Position numbers and translations under genes: made by a program. DNA of 64,000 nucleotides from Longimicrobiales bacterium. GTDB taxonomy: Bacteria; Gemmatimonadota; Gemmatimonadetes; Longimicrobiales; Gaopeijiaceae. The stretch is from positions 192,001 through 256,000 of the forward strand of contig OZ241869.1 in the NCBI GenBank assembly GCA_965202805.1. Direction: 5' to 3'. Positions 18,450 to 30,511 of this stretch are shown here, one piece after another (position 1 is the first letter of the stretch; every line of letters begins with the position of its first letter). The notes beneath the pieces are model-generated. The model ran no database searches. It saw only the letters and a list, made by a program, of their open reading frames with translations, and was not told the origin of the DNA.

Positions 18450-18476
18450 CGAGAAGCCCGGACGACACTCACCATC

Positions 18477-19658
18477 ATGCTCATCGCCGCCGCCGTCACG
18501 CTGGTCGTCTGGGTGGCGATGGCTCTCATCACCCTCTACAGCTACCGGCACGTCTTCCGCCTCGAAGAGATCGGGGAACCCCGCGAAGGCGATCCGCCGC
18601 TGCCCCGGCTGTCGGTGGTGGTGGCGGCCCGGAACGAGGAGCTCGGGGTGCAGCGGACGCTGGCATCGCTGCTCGACCTGGACTACCCGGACTACGAAGT
18701 GATCTTCGTCAACGATCGCTCCGACGACCGCACCGGCGACATCGCGAATCGCCTGGGCGCGGGGAACGACCGGCTGAGGGTGATTCACGTCGAGGAGTTG
18801 CCGGCGGGATGGTTCGGGAAGAACCACGCGTCCTGGCTCGGTGCGATGGCGGCACGCGGGGACGTGTTGCTCTTCACCGACGGGGACGTGGTGTTCGGGC
18901 GCGAGGCAGTGATGCGCGGCGTGCGCCACCTCCTCAGGAACAGGCTGGACCATCTCGCCGTTCTGCCCGCGCTGGTGATGCGGAGTCCGATGCTGCAGGC
19001 CTGCGTGATCGTGTTCCACTGGGGGGCGCACGTCACGGCGAGGCTGTGGCAGGTCCGCGACCCCGGGAGTGCGGCATCCTTCGGGGTCGGCGCCTACAAC
19101 CTGTTCCGGGCGGATTCCTACCGCGCCATCGGGGGACACAGGCAGGTGGCCCTGCGTCCCGACGAGGACTACCAGCTGGGGCGACTGGTGAAGTTGACCG
19201 GCCACCGCTCGGACCTGGTCCGGGCCCGGTCCAGTGTGCGTTGCGAGTGGTATCGGTCGGTCCGGAGCCTGGTCCGCGGGATGGAAAAGAACCTCTTCGC
19301 CTTCCGCGACTATCGGATTTCGGCCGTCCTGATCCAGACGGTCGGATTGCTGTGGACCGGGATCGCGCCATTCGTGCTGGGCGTCGCGCTGGCCCCGGTG
19401 GACGCTGCGTCCGCCGCGTTGTTCGCGGCTTCCGCAACGCTTGCCTGGGCGTTTGCCATATGCATCGCCAGGGCTTCCCGCTTCCGCTGGTGGACGGGAC
19501 TGTTGCTTCCGGTGGCCAGTGCGGTCATCGCCTGGAGTTGGTGGCGCTCCATGGTCGTCACACTCCGGGGACGACTGGCCTGGGGAGGTCCTGCGGTTCC
19601 GCTGTCGGAGTTGCGCGCGGCCCGGGTGCGGCCGTTGGACGATCGCCGGAGCGCGTGA
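18477..19658 (+). CDS. Membrane glycosyltransferase family 2 (HpnB/CrtQ-like lipid glycosyltransferase)
   Basis: VVVAARNEE, NDRSDDRT, LPAGWFGKNHA, LFTDGD, N- and C-terminal TM helices. Confidence 0.85.
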   Translation: MLIAAAVTLVVWVAMALITLYSYRHVFRLEEIGEPREGDPPLPRLSVVVAARNEELGVQRTLASLLDLDYPDYEVIFVNDRSDDRTGDIANRLGAGNDRLRVIHVEELPAGWFGKNHASWLGAMAARGDVLLFTDGDVVFGREAVMRGVRHLLRNRLDHLAVLPALVMRSPMLQACVIVFHWGAHVTARLWQVRDPGSAASFGVGAYNLFRADSYRAIGGHRQVALRPDEDYQLGRLVKLTGHRSDLVRARSSVRCEWYRSVRSLVRGMEKNLFAFRDYRISAVLIQTVGLLWTGIAPFVLGVALAPVDAASAALFAASATLAWAFAICIARASRFRWWTGLLLPVASAVIAWSWWRSMVVTLRGRLAWGGPAVPLSELRAARVRPLDDRRSA

Positions 19659-19725
19659 CTATTGTCGAGTCGTTGGCTGGAGGAGACCAGGGACGACAGA
19701 TAATGATCAGCACGGAGAGAATACA

Positions 19726-22700
19726 GTGTCGAAATACGCCACCGTCGTAGTCGCGATCGGTCTCGCCTCCGGGGGATTCCCCGTCCCGGCAGGCGCTCAG
19801 GCACCGTCCCCGGGCGAGCCCGAGGGGACGATCCAGGTCAGGATCAGCGAGGGCACCAACGTGGCCGTTGCGCTCTCGCCGGACGAGGGCACGCTCGCGC
19901 TCGATCTGCTGGGCCGCATCTGGGTGATGCCCGCGGGCGGAGGAGCCGCCGCGCCGCTCACGGATCCGGTGGGCGATGCACGCCAGCCCGCCTGGTCGCC
20001 GGACGGGAGCCGCATCGCGTTCCAGGCGTACTGGGACGGCAACTACCACATCTGGAGCGTGGGCGCGGACGGGACGGGGTTGCGCCAGCACACGCGCGGC
20101 CGGTTCGACCATCGTGAACCCCATTGGTCACCGGACGGGGCCCGCCTTGCGTTTTCCTCGGACCGGGGCGGGAGCTACGACGTATGGGTGATGGGAGTGG
20201 ACGAGGGGGATCCCGAACGGCTGACGGACTGGCCGGGCAACGAGTACGGGCCCGCGTTTTCTCCGGATGGCCGGGAGGTCGCCTTTGCGGCGGATGGCGG
20301 CCGGCCCGGGATCTGGCTGACCGGGAGCGCCGGGCTTCCGGTTCTTCCCGGGGATTCTCAGCCGCGGAGGGTTGCGGAAGGGGATGGGGGCGAGCTGAAC
20401 GCGCCTTCGTGGAGCGCGGATGGAGCCACGCTCTCCTTCAACTCCGTGGGAGACGGGCGCTCGCGCCTGTACGCGGTGGCCGTGAGCGGAGGAGAGCCGC
20501 GTGCGGTCACCGGAGAGGAGGAGGACGTCTTTCCTTCCGTGCGTCCTGGACGGCCGCCGGCGACCTGTTCCATACGGGCGACGGACGGGTGCGGTGGCGT
20601 CGGGGCGACGGAAGCGGCCGGCGGGACGTGGCGTTCTCGGCGACGGTCGCGCTCGATCGGGCCGACTACCGGCGGCGGCCGCGTGACCTGCGGGCGCCCG
20701 GCCCGTTCCCGGTGCGCGGCATCGTCTCGCCGGCGGTCTCGCCCGACGGAACGCGGGTGGCGTTCTCGGCGCTGGGCGACCTCTGGCTGCACACCATCGG
20801 CGGGGATGCGGAGCGCCTCACCGACGACCCGTGGATCGAGGCCGACCCGGCCTGGTCGCCCGCCGGCGGCCGCCTTGCGTTCGCTTCCGACCGCGACGGG
20901 TCGCTCGACCTGCACGTGCACGACCTGGCTGCGGGGACCGCCCGCCGGGTGACCGGAGGGGCCGCCGCCACCCTGCCTTCGTGGTCGCCGGACGGGAGCC
21001 GCATCGCCTTCGTGGGTTCGGCGGCCGGGACGGCGGTGCAGGTGGTCGACCTGGCGACCGGCGCGGTGGAGACCCTGCGCGCCGGGCTGAACGGGGCGGG
21101 GCGGCCTTCCTGGTCGCCCGACGGCACATCCGTGCTGGTCTCCGCCCTCTCGCCCTATTCGGGGCGCTTCCGGGAGGGCGTGAACCGCGCGCTGGTGGTA
21201 TCCGCCCGCCCTCTGCGCACCGCCGATGCGGCCGGGGTGGGCGGATGGCGCGCGCTTCCCCCTCCGCCTGTGGAATCGCGCCCGGCCGCCGACGCGCGCG
21301 GTACCGCGGCGAATGACCGGCGCCCGACCGCCGAGCGCGGGTGGCCCCCGCCGCCCCCAACGCCCGCCCGCCCCGTCCACCGCGGCCACGGCCACACCCA
21401 CGACCTGCCCGCCTGGGCGGGCGGGCACCCGGCGCCGGTCGCCCTGTTCACCACCAACTTCCAGGCCGCCGACCGCTACCTCGACCTGCCCCTGCACGGG
21501 TCGGTCGGCAGCCGCGCCAACGACGGCCCGGCGTGGTCGCCGGACGGCCGCCAGGTGGCCTACATCTCCGACGGCGTGCTGTGGACGGTCGCCATGACCC
21601 CCGAGGGCGAGACCGCCGACCTCCCCCGCCGCCTCACCAACCAGGCCGCCGACGACCCCACCTGGACGGGCGACTCGCGCTTCATCGTCTACCTGAGCGA
21701 CGACCGCCTGCGCCGCGTCGACGCGCTCACCGGCGCCGCCGAGGACATCACGCCCGCCCTCGACTGGACGCGGGCGGCGCCTCCCGCATCGGTGCTGGTG
21801 CGCGCCGGCGCCCTCTTCGACGGCCGCTCCGAAACGCTCCGCCGCAACGTGGACATCGTCATCGAGGACGGCGTGATCACCGAGGTGGCCGACCGCGACC
21901 CCGCGCGCACCGCCGACCGGGTCGTCGACGCCGCCGGCCAGGTGGTCATGCCCGGCCTGATCGAGATGCACACCCACGGCGGCCTGGCCGACGGGGAGGC
22001 CAAGGGCCGGCTCTGGCTCTCCTGGGGGGTGACCGCGACCCGCTGCCCCGCCTGCGACGGCTACGAGCTCACCGAAGCCAAGGAGGCCGGCGAGTCCGGC
22101 CGGCGCATCGCGCCGCGCATCTTCGGGACCGGCGGCACCATCGACGGCAGCCGCATCTACTACCCGAACGCGCCCGCCCTGGGCGCGAGCGCGCAGGTGG
22201 GGCTGCAGATGGGACGCGCCGCCACCCTCGGCCACGACATGATCAAGACCTACGTGCGCCTCTCGGACCCGATGCAGCGCCGGGCGATCGCCGAGGCGCA
22301 CGCCCTCGGGATTCCGGTCAGTTCGCACGAGCTCTATCCGGCGGTCGCCTACGGCGGCGACGGGGTGGAGCATGTGCGCGGCACCAGCCGGCGCGGCTAC
22401 TCCACCAAGGTCTCCGAGACCAACGGCATCTACGCCGACGCGGTCGATCTGCTGGCAGCCTCGGGCATGACCCTCACGCCCACGGTCGGCATCTACGGCG
22501 GCTACGGCCTTCTCGCCGGCGAGACACCCGGGTTCTTCGACGACCCGCGCGTGGACGCCTTCTCTCCGGATGCCGCTGCCAGCGCGCCCGTCCCTCCGGA
22601 CCTGGAACTGGCGCGCCGCATGGTCGAACGCATGTCCTCCCTCCCGCGCCGCGTGCTCGAGGGCGGGGGCCGGGTCATCATGGGCACCGACTCGCCCATC

Positions 22701-22976
22701 ATCCCGCGCGGCCTCAGCCTGCACGCGGAGATGGAGATCCTGGTCCGCTACGGGCGCATGCGTCCCGTCGACGTCCTGCGCGCCACCACCTCGGAGTCGG
22801 GCGATGCCCTAGGGTACGAGAACCGCCTCGGCGTGGTCGCTCCCGGCGCATTCGCCGACCTGATCGTCCTCGACGAGAATCCCCTGCGCGACATCGCCGC
22901 GACCCGCTCGGTGCGCACGGTCATCCTGGGCGGAGCCGTGCATACCGTGGAGGAACTGCTTCAGCGGCCAGAATAG
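19726..22976 (+). pseudogene. Secreted PD40-propeller plus amidohydrolase fusion, split by a 1-nt frameshift near 20534
   Basis: First frame gives a signal peptide and WSPDG repeats up to EEEDVFP; a second frame continues FRASW through more repeats to MPGLIEMHTH, IKTY, GTDSP, GAFADLIVLDENPL. Confidence 0.8.
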
Positions 22977-22992
22977 CGTGAGCCTCCGTAAC

Positions 22993-23026
22993 CTTGCAAA
23001 TCAAAATGATATTTTTATTTTGCAAG
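22993..23026. promoter_or_regulatory. AT-rich inverted repeat or promoter upstream of the AAA ATPase gene
   Basis: cttgcaaa-tcaaaatgatatttttat-tttgcaag; contains TTGCAA-N16-TATTTT. Confidence 0.6.
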
Positions 23027-23164
23027 ATTGCGACCCGGAGGCAGGCATCAAGGATAACACCTCCGGGGACGTGGGGTGACCGATCGCGAAGCGCAGGGTA
23101 CGGTGCCCGGAGCCCGGGATGCTCTCTCGCGGAGCTTGGAAATGAGTCGCTGGGGAGCGTCGGA

Positions 23165-24346
23165 ATGATCGCTCGAAGAGCACTGGCGGACGTGCAAACC
23201 GCGCTTTCGCGCCAGGCGGCCGTCGCGCTGCTCGGTCCCCGACAGGTGGGCAAGACGACGCTGGCGCTCGAAGTGGCGCGGGCGCATCGGGCGCTCTACC
23301 TGGATCTGCAATCGCGCGAAGACCGGGAGAAGCTCCGTCATCCCCGCGTTTTTCTGCGAAGGTACGAGGATCGCCTGGTGATCCTGGATGAGATCCACCG
23401 GACGCCCGAGCTGTTTTCCGACCTCCGGGGCCTCATCGACGAAGGCCGGCGCCACGGTCGTCGCACAGGGCGATTCCTCATTCTCGGGTCCGCCTCCATG
23501 GAGCTGCTCCGGCAGGCGGGCGAGACCCTTGCCGGCAGGATCGAGTTCGTGTCCCTGCATCCGCTGGATGTGCTGGAGGTGTCCGCTGCCGACGACACCA
23601 GGGACTCGCTCTGGCTTCGAGGGGGCTTTCCCGATGCGTTCCTCGCGGGGAGTGACGGGGACAGCCTGGTTTTTCGCCAGAACTTCATCCGAACGTACCT
23701 GGAACGGGACCTGGCCGAGTTCGTCCAGGCCCGCATTCCGGCGGAAACCCTCCTGCGGCTGTGGACCATGCTGGCCCACGGGCAGGGCGGGCTGCTGTCC
23801 TCCGCCTCTCTGGCGAAGGGCCTCTCCGTCAGCGCCCCAACCGTGACGCGCTACGTAGACACGTTGTCCGGCCTCTTCCTGATTCGCCGACTGCCGCCCT
23901 TTGCGGCCAACGTGCGCAAGCGGCTCGTCAAGTCGCCCAAGGTCTATATCCGTGACAGCGGCGTCGTGCACGCGCTGCTGGGGATCGGCAACTTCGAGGC
24001 GCTCGCCGGGCATCCGATCGTCGGCACCAGTTGGGAGGGGTTCGTCATCGAGAACCTGCTCGCGGCAGCCCCTCCTCTGACCCGCGCCAGCTTCTACAGG
24101 ACGGCGGCTGGCGCCGAAATGGACCTCGTGCTGGAACTGCCCGGCTACCGCCGCCCCTGGGCGGTCGAGGTCAAGCGCAGCATGGCGACGAGCCTCGGCA
24201 GGGGCTTCCACAACGCCATGGGCGACCTCGGGCCCGAGCGAACATTCGTCGTCTGTGCCGATCAGGGCCGCTACGAGATCGCGGTCGGGACCGAGGTGAT
24301 CGGCCTTCGGGAGATGACGGCCCTGCTGACCGGTCTCGCCATGTGA
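23165..24346 (+). CDS. AAA_14-type ATPase with DUF4143 C-terminal domain
   Basis: GPRQVGKTT, ILDEIH, ILGSAS, ETLAGR, RGGFP, KRLVKSPKVYIRDSG, EMDLV...AVEVK. Confidence 0.9.
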   Translation: MIARRALADVQTALSRQAAVALLGPRQVGKTTLALEVARAHRALYLDLQSREDREKLRHPRVFLRRYEDRLVILDEIHRTPELFSDLRGLIDEGRRHGRRTGRFLILGSASMELLRQAGETLAGRIEFVSLHPLDVLEVSAADDTRDSLWLRGGFPDAFLAGSDGDSLVFRQNFIRTYLERDLAEFVQARIPAETLLRLWTMLAHGQGGLLSSASLAKGLSVSAPTVTRYVDTLSGLFLIRRLPPFAANVRKRLVKSPKVYIRDSGVVHALLGIGNFEALAGHPIVGTSWEGFVIENLLAAAPPLTRASFYRTAAGAEMDLVLELPGYRRPWAVEVKRSMATSLGRGFHNAMGDLGPERTFVVCADQGRYEIAVGTEVIGLREMTALLTGLAM

Positions 24347-24399
24347 ACCAACCGGCGCGGGCTCGCCATCCGCGGGCTGTCTGGCGCTCTCCGGAAGGG

Positions 24400-24427
24400 T
24401 TGACATCCGTTATCGCCGGGATACCTT
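24400..24427 (+). promoter_or_regulatory. Sigma70-type promoter of groESL
   Basis: TTGACA (24400-24405), 16-bp spacer, TACCTT, directly upstream of CIRCE. Confidence 0.65.
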
Positions 24428-24436
24428 TCTTGGCTG

Positions 24437-24463
24437 TTAGCACTCCTCGGAGTCGAGTGCTAA
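24437..24463. promoter_or_regulatory. CIRCE element (HrcA operator)
   Basis: Exact TTAGCACTC-N9-GAGTGCTAA upstream of groES. Confidence 0.97.
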
Positions 24464-24535
24464 CAACCGCTCGCGCCGGAGATCCGGCCCGGAAGCCAAC
24501 TGTATTCGGACCACCATTCACAGGAGAACCCACGC

Positions 24536-24847
24536 ATGGCAACGAGTGCAGCGAACAGAATCAAGCCGCTCGCCGACCGGGTCGTCGTCCAGGCGGCCGA
24601 GGAGACGGAGCAGACCCGCGGCGGCCTCTACATCCCGGACACGGCCCAGAAGGAGAAGCCCCAGCAGGGCACCGTGCTTGCGGTCGGCCCCGGGAAGCAG
24701 TCCGACGACGGCACGCGCATCGACCCCGACGTGTCCGTCGGCGACACCGTCCTGTACGGCAAGTACAGCGGCACCGAGGTCACGGTGGACGACGAGGAAC
24801 TGCTGATCCTCCGCGAGTCGGACATCCTCGCCATCATCACCGACTAG
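24536..24847 (+). CDS. groES: Co-chaperonin GroES
   Basis: [40 protein letters not shown]. Confidence 0.98.
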   Translation: MATSAANRIKPLADRVVVQAAEETEQTRGGLYIPDTAQKEKPQQGTVLAVGPGKQSDDGTRIDPDVSVGDTVLYGKYSGTEVTVDDEELLILRESDILAIITD

Positions 24848-24939
24848 CACCTCCACCCCCAAGAAGCCGCACGGCAACAACGACGAGCAGGTGAGCGGCC
24901 GGGCGCCGCTCGCGGCTCTAAACAGAGGAGAAAGAAAGC

Positions 24940-26583
<1,644 letters not shown>

Positions 26584-26649
26584 CCCGCGTGGCATGCGAC
26601 AGTCCTGAACTCGTCAGGCCGGAGGTCGCTCCGGCCCGTGCGAGACATT

Positions 26650-26685
26650 CGAGGAGCCCGGGCGCCGAGTCGTCCGGGCTCCTCG
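26650..26685 (+). terminator. Strong hairpin after groEL (probable terminator)
   Basis: cgaggagcccgggcg-ccgagt-cgtccgggctcctcg: 15-bp stem with one G-U pair; weak U tract. Confidence 0.6.
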
Positions 26686-26805
26686 CCGTTGGGGGCCGAC
26701 CCTGCCGCGAGCCCATCGCCGGCGCGCCGACACAATCCGGGCCCGACCGTGTATGTTCCGCGTCCCCTGTCCCGCGAAACCTGAACCCCGCAACCCCGAA
26801 GATCG

Positions 26806-28728
26806 ATGGCTGACGAATCCATGCAGGTGCGGCTCCCCGACGGCAGCTCGGTCGAGACGCCCCTCGGCAGCAGCGCCGCCGACATCGCGGCCGGCATCGG
26901 CCCCGGACTGGCCCGCGCCGCCCTGGCGGCCGTGGTCGACGACGAGGTGGTCGATCTGGCCCGGCCGGTATCGGCGGGCGCCGAAGTACGCATCCTCACC
27001 AGCAGGGACGCCGACGCGCTCCCCGTGCTGCGCCACTCGGCCGCGCACGTCCTGGCCACCGCGGTACGCGAGCTGCATCCGACCGCGGGCATCGGCTTCG
27101 GCCCCGCGATCGACGACGGCTTCTACTACGACTTCGAGGTCGATGAGCCGTTCACCCCCGAGGACCTGGAGGCCTTCGAGGCGCGCATGCGCGACATCGT
27201 GGCCGCCGACTATCCCTTCGAGCGGCGCCGCGTCAGCAAGGAGGAGGCCCGGGAACTGTTCGCCGACGATCCGCTCAAGCTTGAGCGGCTGGAGGAGTTC
27301 GAGGACGACGAGGTGATCACCGTCTACCGGGACGGCCCCTTTCTCGATCTGTGCCGCGGGCCGCACGTGCCCTCCACCGGCGGCGTGAAGCACTTCAAGC
27401 TGCTCTCCGCCGCGGGCGCCTACTGGAGGGGGGACGAGAAGCGGCAGATGCTGCAGCGCATCTACGGCACCGCGTTCTTCAGCCGGAAGGCGCTGGAGGC
27501 CCATCTGGAGCGGCTGGCGGAGGCGCGGCGGCGCGATCACCGCGTGCTCGGCAGGGAACTGGACCTGTTCAGCATCCAGGAGGAGGTCGGGTCCGGGTTC
27601 ATCCTCTGGCATCCGAACGGCGGCCTGGTGCGCCATACGGTGGAGGAGTTCCTGAAGACGACGCTGCTCGAGCACGGCTACGAGCTGGTCTACACCCCGC
27701 ACGTCGCGCGCGAGGAGCTGTACCGCATATCCGGGCACCTGGAGGTCTTCAGCGAAGACATGTTCCCCCCGATCGCGGACGAGGGGCACCGCTTCCGCAT
27801 GAAGCCGATGAACTGCCCGCATCACTTCATGATCTACCGTTCGCAGAGCCGCTCCTACCGGGATCTGCCGCTGCGCTACGCGGAACTCGGCACCTGCTAC
27901 CGCTACGAGCGCACGGGCACGCTGCACGGGATGCTGCGCGTGCGGGCGTTCACGCAGGACGACGCCCACATCTTCGTGCGCGAGGACCAGATCAGCGATG
28001 AGTACCATCGCCTGCTGGATCTGGTGGCGTACCTGCTGGAGGTGTTCGGCTACGAGTTCGAGGTGGCTCTCTCGACGCGTCCCGAGAAGGCGATCGGCGA
28101 CCCCGCGGTCTACGACGCCGCGGTGGGCACGCTCGCAGCCGTGCTCGAGGAACGCGGGCAGGAGTACGAGATCGACGAGGGCGGAGGCGCGTTCTATGGC
28201 CCCAAGGTGGACATTCTGCTCGTGGATGCGCTGGGGCGGAAGTGGCAGGGCCCAACCTTCCAGCTCGATTTTCTGATGCCCGAGCGCTTCGGCCTCGACT
28301 ACGTGGGGTCCGACAACCAGCGGCACAACGTGGTGGTCATCCACCGCACCATGCTGGGGTCGATGGAGCGATTCATCGGCGGGCTGGTGGAGCACTACGC
28401 GGGCGCCTTCCCGGTGTGGCTGGCCCCGGAGCAGGTGCGCGTCCTCCCGGTCTCGGAGGTGTGGAGCGAGAGCGCCCGCGAGCTGGTGGACCTCCTGTGC
28501 GCGAAGGGGGTGCGCGCCCGCCTGGACGACCAGGACACCCTCGGCTACCGCATCCGCGAGGCGGAGGTGAAGAAGGTGCCCTACATGGGCGTGGTGGGGA
28601 AGCGCGAAGCCGAGGCGGGGACCGTGGCGGTGCGCAGGCGCGGCGCGGGCAGGAAGCAGGTGGTCATGGAGCGGGAGGCGTTCGCCGGGCAGGTCGCGGA
28701 GGACATCCGCAGCCGGGCGCGCTGGTAG
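26806..28728 (+). CDS. thrS: Threonine--tRNA ligase
   Basis: TGS domain, RHSAAH, DLCRGPH, KPMNCPHH, RVRAFTQDDAHIF, AFYGPKVD, IHR...GSMERF. Confidence 0.98.
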   Translation: MADESMQVRLPDGSSVETPLGSSAADIAAGIGPGLARAALAAVVDDEVVDLARPVSAGAEVRILTSRDADALPVLRHSAAHVLATAVRELHPTAGIGFGPAIDDGFYYDFEVDEPFTPEDLEAFEARMRDIVAADYPFERRRVSKEEARELFADDPLKLERLEEFEDDEVITVYRDGPFLDLCRGPHVPSTGGVKHFKLLSAAGAYWRGDEKRQMLQRIYGTAFFSRKALEAHLERLAEARRRDHRVLGRELDLFSIQEEVGSGFILWHPNGGLVRHTVEEFLKTTLLEHGYELVYTPHVAREELYRISGHLEVFSEDMFPPIADEGHRFRMKPMNCPHHFMIYRSQSRSYRDLPLRYAELGTCYRYERTGTLHGMLRVRAFTQDDAHIFVREDQISDEYHRLLDLVAYLLEVFGYEFEVALSTRPEKAIGDPAVYDAAVGTLAAVLEERGQEYEIDEGGGAFYGPKVDILLVDALGRKWQGPTFQLDFLMPERFGLDYVGSDNQRHNVVVIHRTMLGSMERFIGGLVEHYAGAFPVWLAPEQVRVLPVSEVWSESARELVDLLCAKGVRARLDDQDTLGYRIREAEVKKVPYMGVVGKREAEAGTVAVRRRGAGRKQVVMEREAFAGQVAEDIRSRARW

Positions 28729-28729
28729 A

Positions 28730-29134
28730 ATGGCGGCCCGGTGGATCGGCGCGGTGGCGCTCGCGGGGTCGCTCTGGCTGGCTGGCTGTGTGACCGGAGG
28801 TCGCGAAGGTGGCAGGCCTTCCACGGGCGGCGGGACGGCCGACATCACGAGGGAGGAGCTCGACAGGGACACCTTTGGTAACGCCTACCAGGCCATCCAG
28901 AGGCTCCGGCGCACCTGGCTGCGCCAGGGTGCGCGGACCGAGTATCACTCCAACAACCGGCCCGTGGTCTACGTGAACGGGGTCCGCATGGAGTTCAGGG
29001 AGCTTTCCGCAATCAGCGACGATCACGTTGAGCGGATCTCGCTGCTCTCGCCCATCGACGCTACGACGCGGTTCGGCACGGATCACGCGTCGGGGGCCAT
29101 CATGGTCGTGACCCGGCGCGCACCTCCGGGCTAG
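28730..29134 (+). CDS. Small lipoprotein consisting of a TonB-receptor plug-like domain only
   Basis: LAGC lipobox; ITREEL...PVVYVNGVR...VERISLL...DATTRFGT...GAIMVVTR aligns by eye with the plug of the SusC at 30878. Confidence 0.7.
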   Translation: MAARWIGAVALAGSLWLAGCVTGGREGGRPSTGGGTADITREELDRDTFGNAYQAIQRLRRTWLRQGARTEYHSNNRPVVYVNGVRMEFRELSAISDDHVERISLLSPIDATTRFGTDHASGAIMVVTRRAPPG

Positions 29135-29176
29135 CAGCCCGCCCAGCTCCCTCCAGGGCCGGGCCGCCATCGGTCC

Positions 29177-29210
29177 GAGGCCGGACTCCGGGTTGGGAGT
29201 CTCCGGCCTC
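29177..29210. terminator. Hairpin between convergent plug-only genes
   Basis: gaggccgga...tccggcctc stem with an inner ctcc/ggag helix. Confidence 0.45.
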
Positions 29211-29222
29211 CGCCATCTTCCG

Positions 29223-29687
29223 TCACCCGCCGGGGCGGCGGGAAACCACCACGATCGCACCCCACATGTGGCCGGTACCGTACACCGTGGTCGCGTCCCT
29301 GGCGGAAAGGAACCGGATGAGCTCCACGTCCTGCGCGGGAATGGTGCGCAGATCTTCCAGCGAAAGAAGCTTGGCCTGGTCGATGTATACGGCCGGCTCC
29401 GGGTTCGCGTTCACCAGCGTGGGCGTGCGCCGGTAGAACAGCCAGGAGGGCCGGAGCTGCTCGACGGCCTCGTAGGCGGTCTCGGAAAGGACCTGCTCCA
29501 GCTCGGGGCGCGTGATGTCGCCCTGGGAGCTTCCGCCGCGGGACGGTCCCACGTTGCCGACGACGCAGGCGGAGCCGAGCGCCACCAGCAGCAGCGGGGC
29601 TTGGTACCGCCAGAATCGAATGTTCTTCCCGTTGCCTGCGGCCACGGCCCGCGCGACGGATCCGGCTCCTTCGTGAAGGAATCGCAC
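29223..29687 (-). CDS. Second plug-only lipoprotein (paralog of 28730..29134; start uncertain)
   Basis: GSAC lipobox; ITRPEL...AYEAVEQLRPSWL...PAVYID...VELIRFL...DATTVYGT...GAIVVVSRR. Confidence 0.7.
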   Translation of the reverse strand: MRFLHEGAGSVARAVAAGNGKNIRFWRYQAPLLLVALGSACVVGNVGPSRGGSSQGDITRPELEQVLSETAYEAVEQLRPSWLFYRRTPTLVNANPEPAVYIDQAKLLSLEDLRTIPAQDVELIRFLSARDATTVYGTGHMWGAIVVVSRRPGG

Positions 29688-29692
29688 TGCAA

Positions 29693-30511
29693 TTATCCTC
29701 CTCCGTGCTCCACCGTCGCCCTCAGGAGGCGGTCGAGCATCGGGAACTCGCGGTCGAGATAGTCGTTGCCACCCGCCACGATCGCGCGCTGGTCGCCGCG
29801 CCGCAGCCCGCCCCCGGAGTTCTCGCCGTACCCCGGGTAGATGCGGTCCACCACCTCCATCCCCTCAACCACCCGGCCGAAGGGCGGAAAGCCCTGTGCG
29901 TCCAGGCGGCTGTTGTCCACAAGGTTGATGTACACCTGTGTGGTGCGCGTGTGCGGTTCGGTAAAGGCGAACGCGATGGTCCCGCGCACGTTGCTGGCCA
30001 CCACCGCCTCGTCGTCCGGGATGGTCTCGCCGATCCAGGCGGCGGTCACCTCCGGGTCTCCGGCCAGCCCCCACTGCACGATGAAGTCCGGAACGGTGCG
30101 GTGGAAGCGCGAATCGTCGTAGTAGCCGTGCCGGACCAGGTTGTAGAACCGGTCCGCCCCGATGGGCGCCCAGGCCCGCACCACCTCGATGACGAAATTA
30201 CCCGCGCTGGTCTCGAAGCGGGCCAGGAAGGTGTCGGGGGCGGCCTCGCTCCACACCGGCAAGGCGGGGTCGAGCAGGATCTCGCGGGAGAAGGACGCCG
30301 ATCGGCTGTCCGGTGCCGCGGAGGCGTCCCCGGCTACGGTGGATCCGTCCGAACCCTGCTCGCCTCCGGGCGCGTCCCCCGGCACGCAGACGACGGCCAG
30401 AAGCCCGGCCAGAGCGGTCACCCGCCCGCCCCGGCCCGGTCTGCGTCCAATCCCTGCAGCCACCGGCCACCTCCCGGGTCGGCATGAACCGCCATGGCCT
30501 GCTTCCGCCAT
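29693..30511 (-). CDS. Cyclophilin-type peptidyl-prolyl cis-trans isomerase, probably exported (start uncertain)
   Basis: FETSAGNF, WAPIGADRFYNLV, FHRTVPDFIVQWG, SNVRGTIAFA, FGRVVEGMEVVD. Confidence 0.9.
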   Translation of the reverse strand: MAEAGHGGSCRPGRWPVAAGIGRRPGRGGRVTALAGLLAVVCVPGDAPGGEQGSDGSTVAGDASAAPDSRSASFSREILLDPALPVWSEAAPDTFLARFETSAGNFVIEVVRAWAPIGADRFYNLVRHGYYDDSRFHRTVPDFIVQWGLAGDPEVTAAWIGETIPDDEAVVASNVRGTIAFAFTEPHTRTTQVYINLVDNSRLDAQGFPPFGRVVEGMEVVDRIYPGYGENSGGGLRRGDQRAIVAGGNDYLDREFPMLDRLLRATVEHGGG

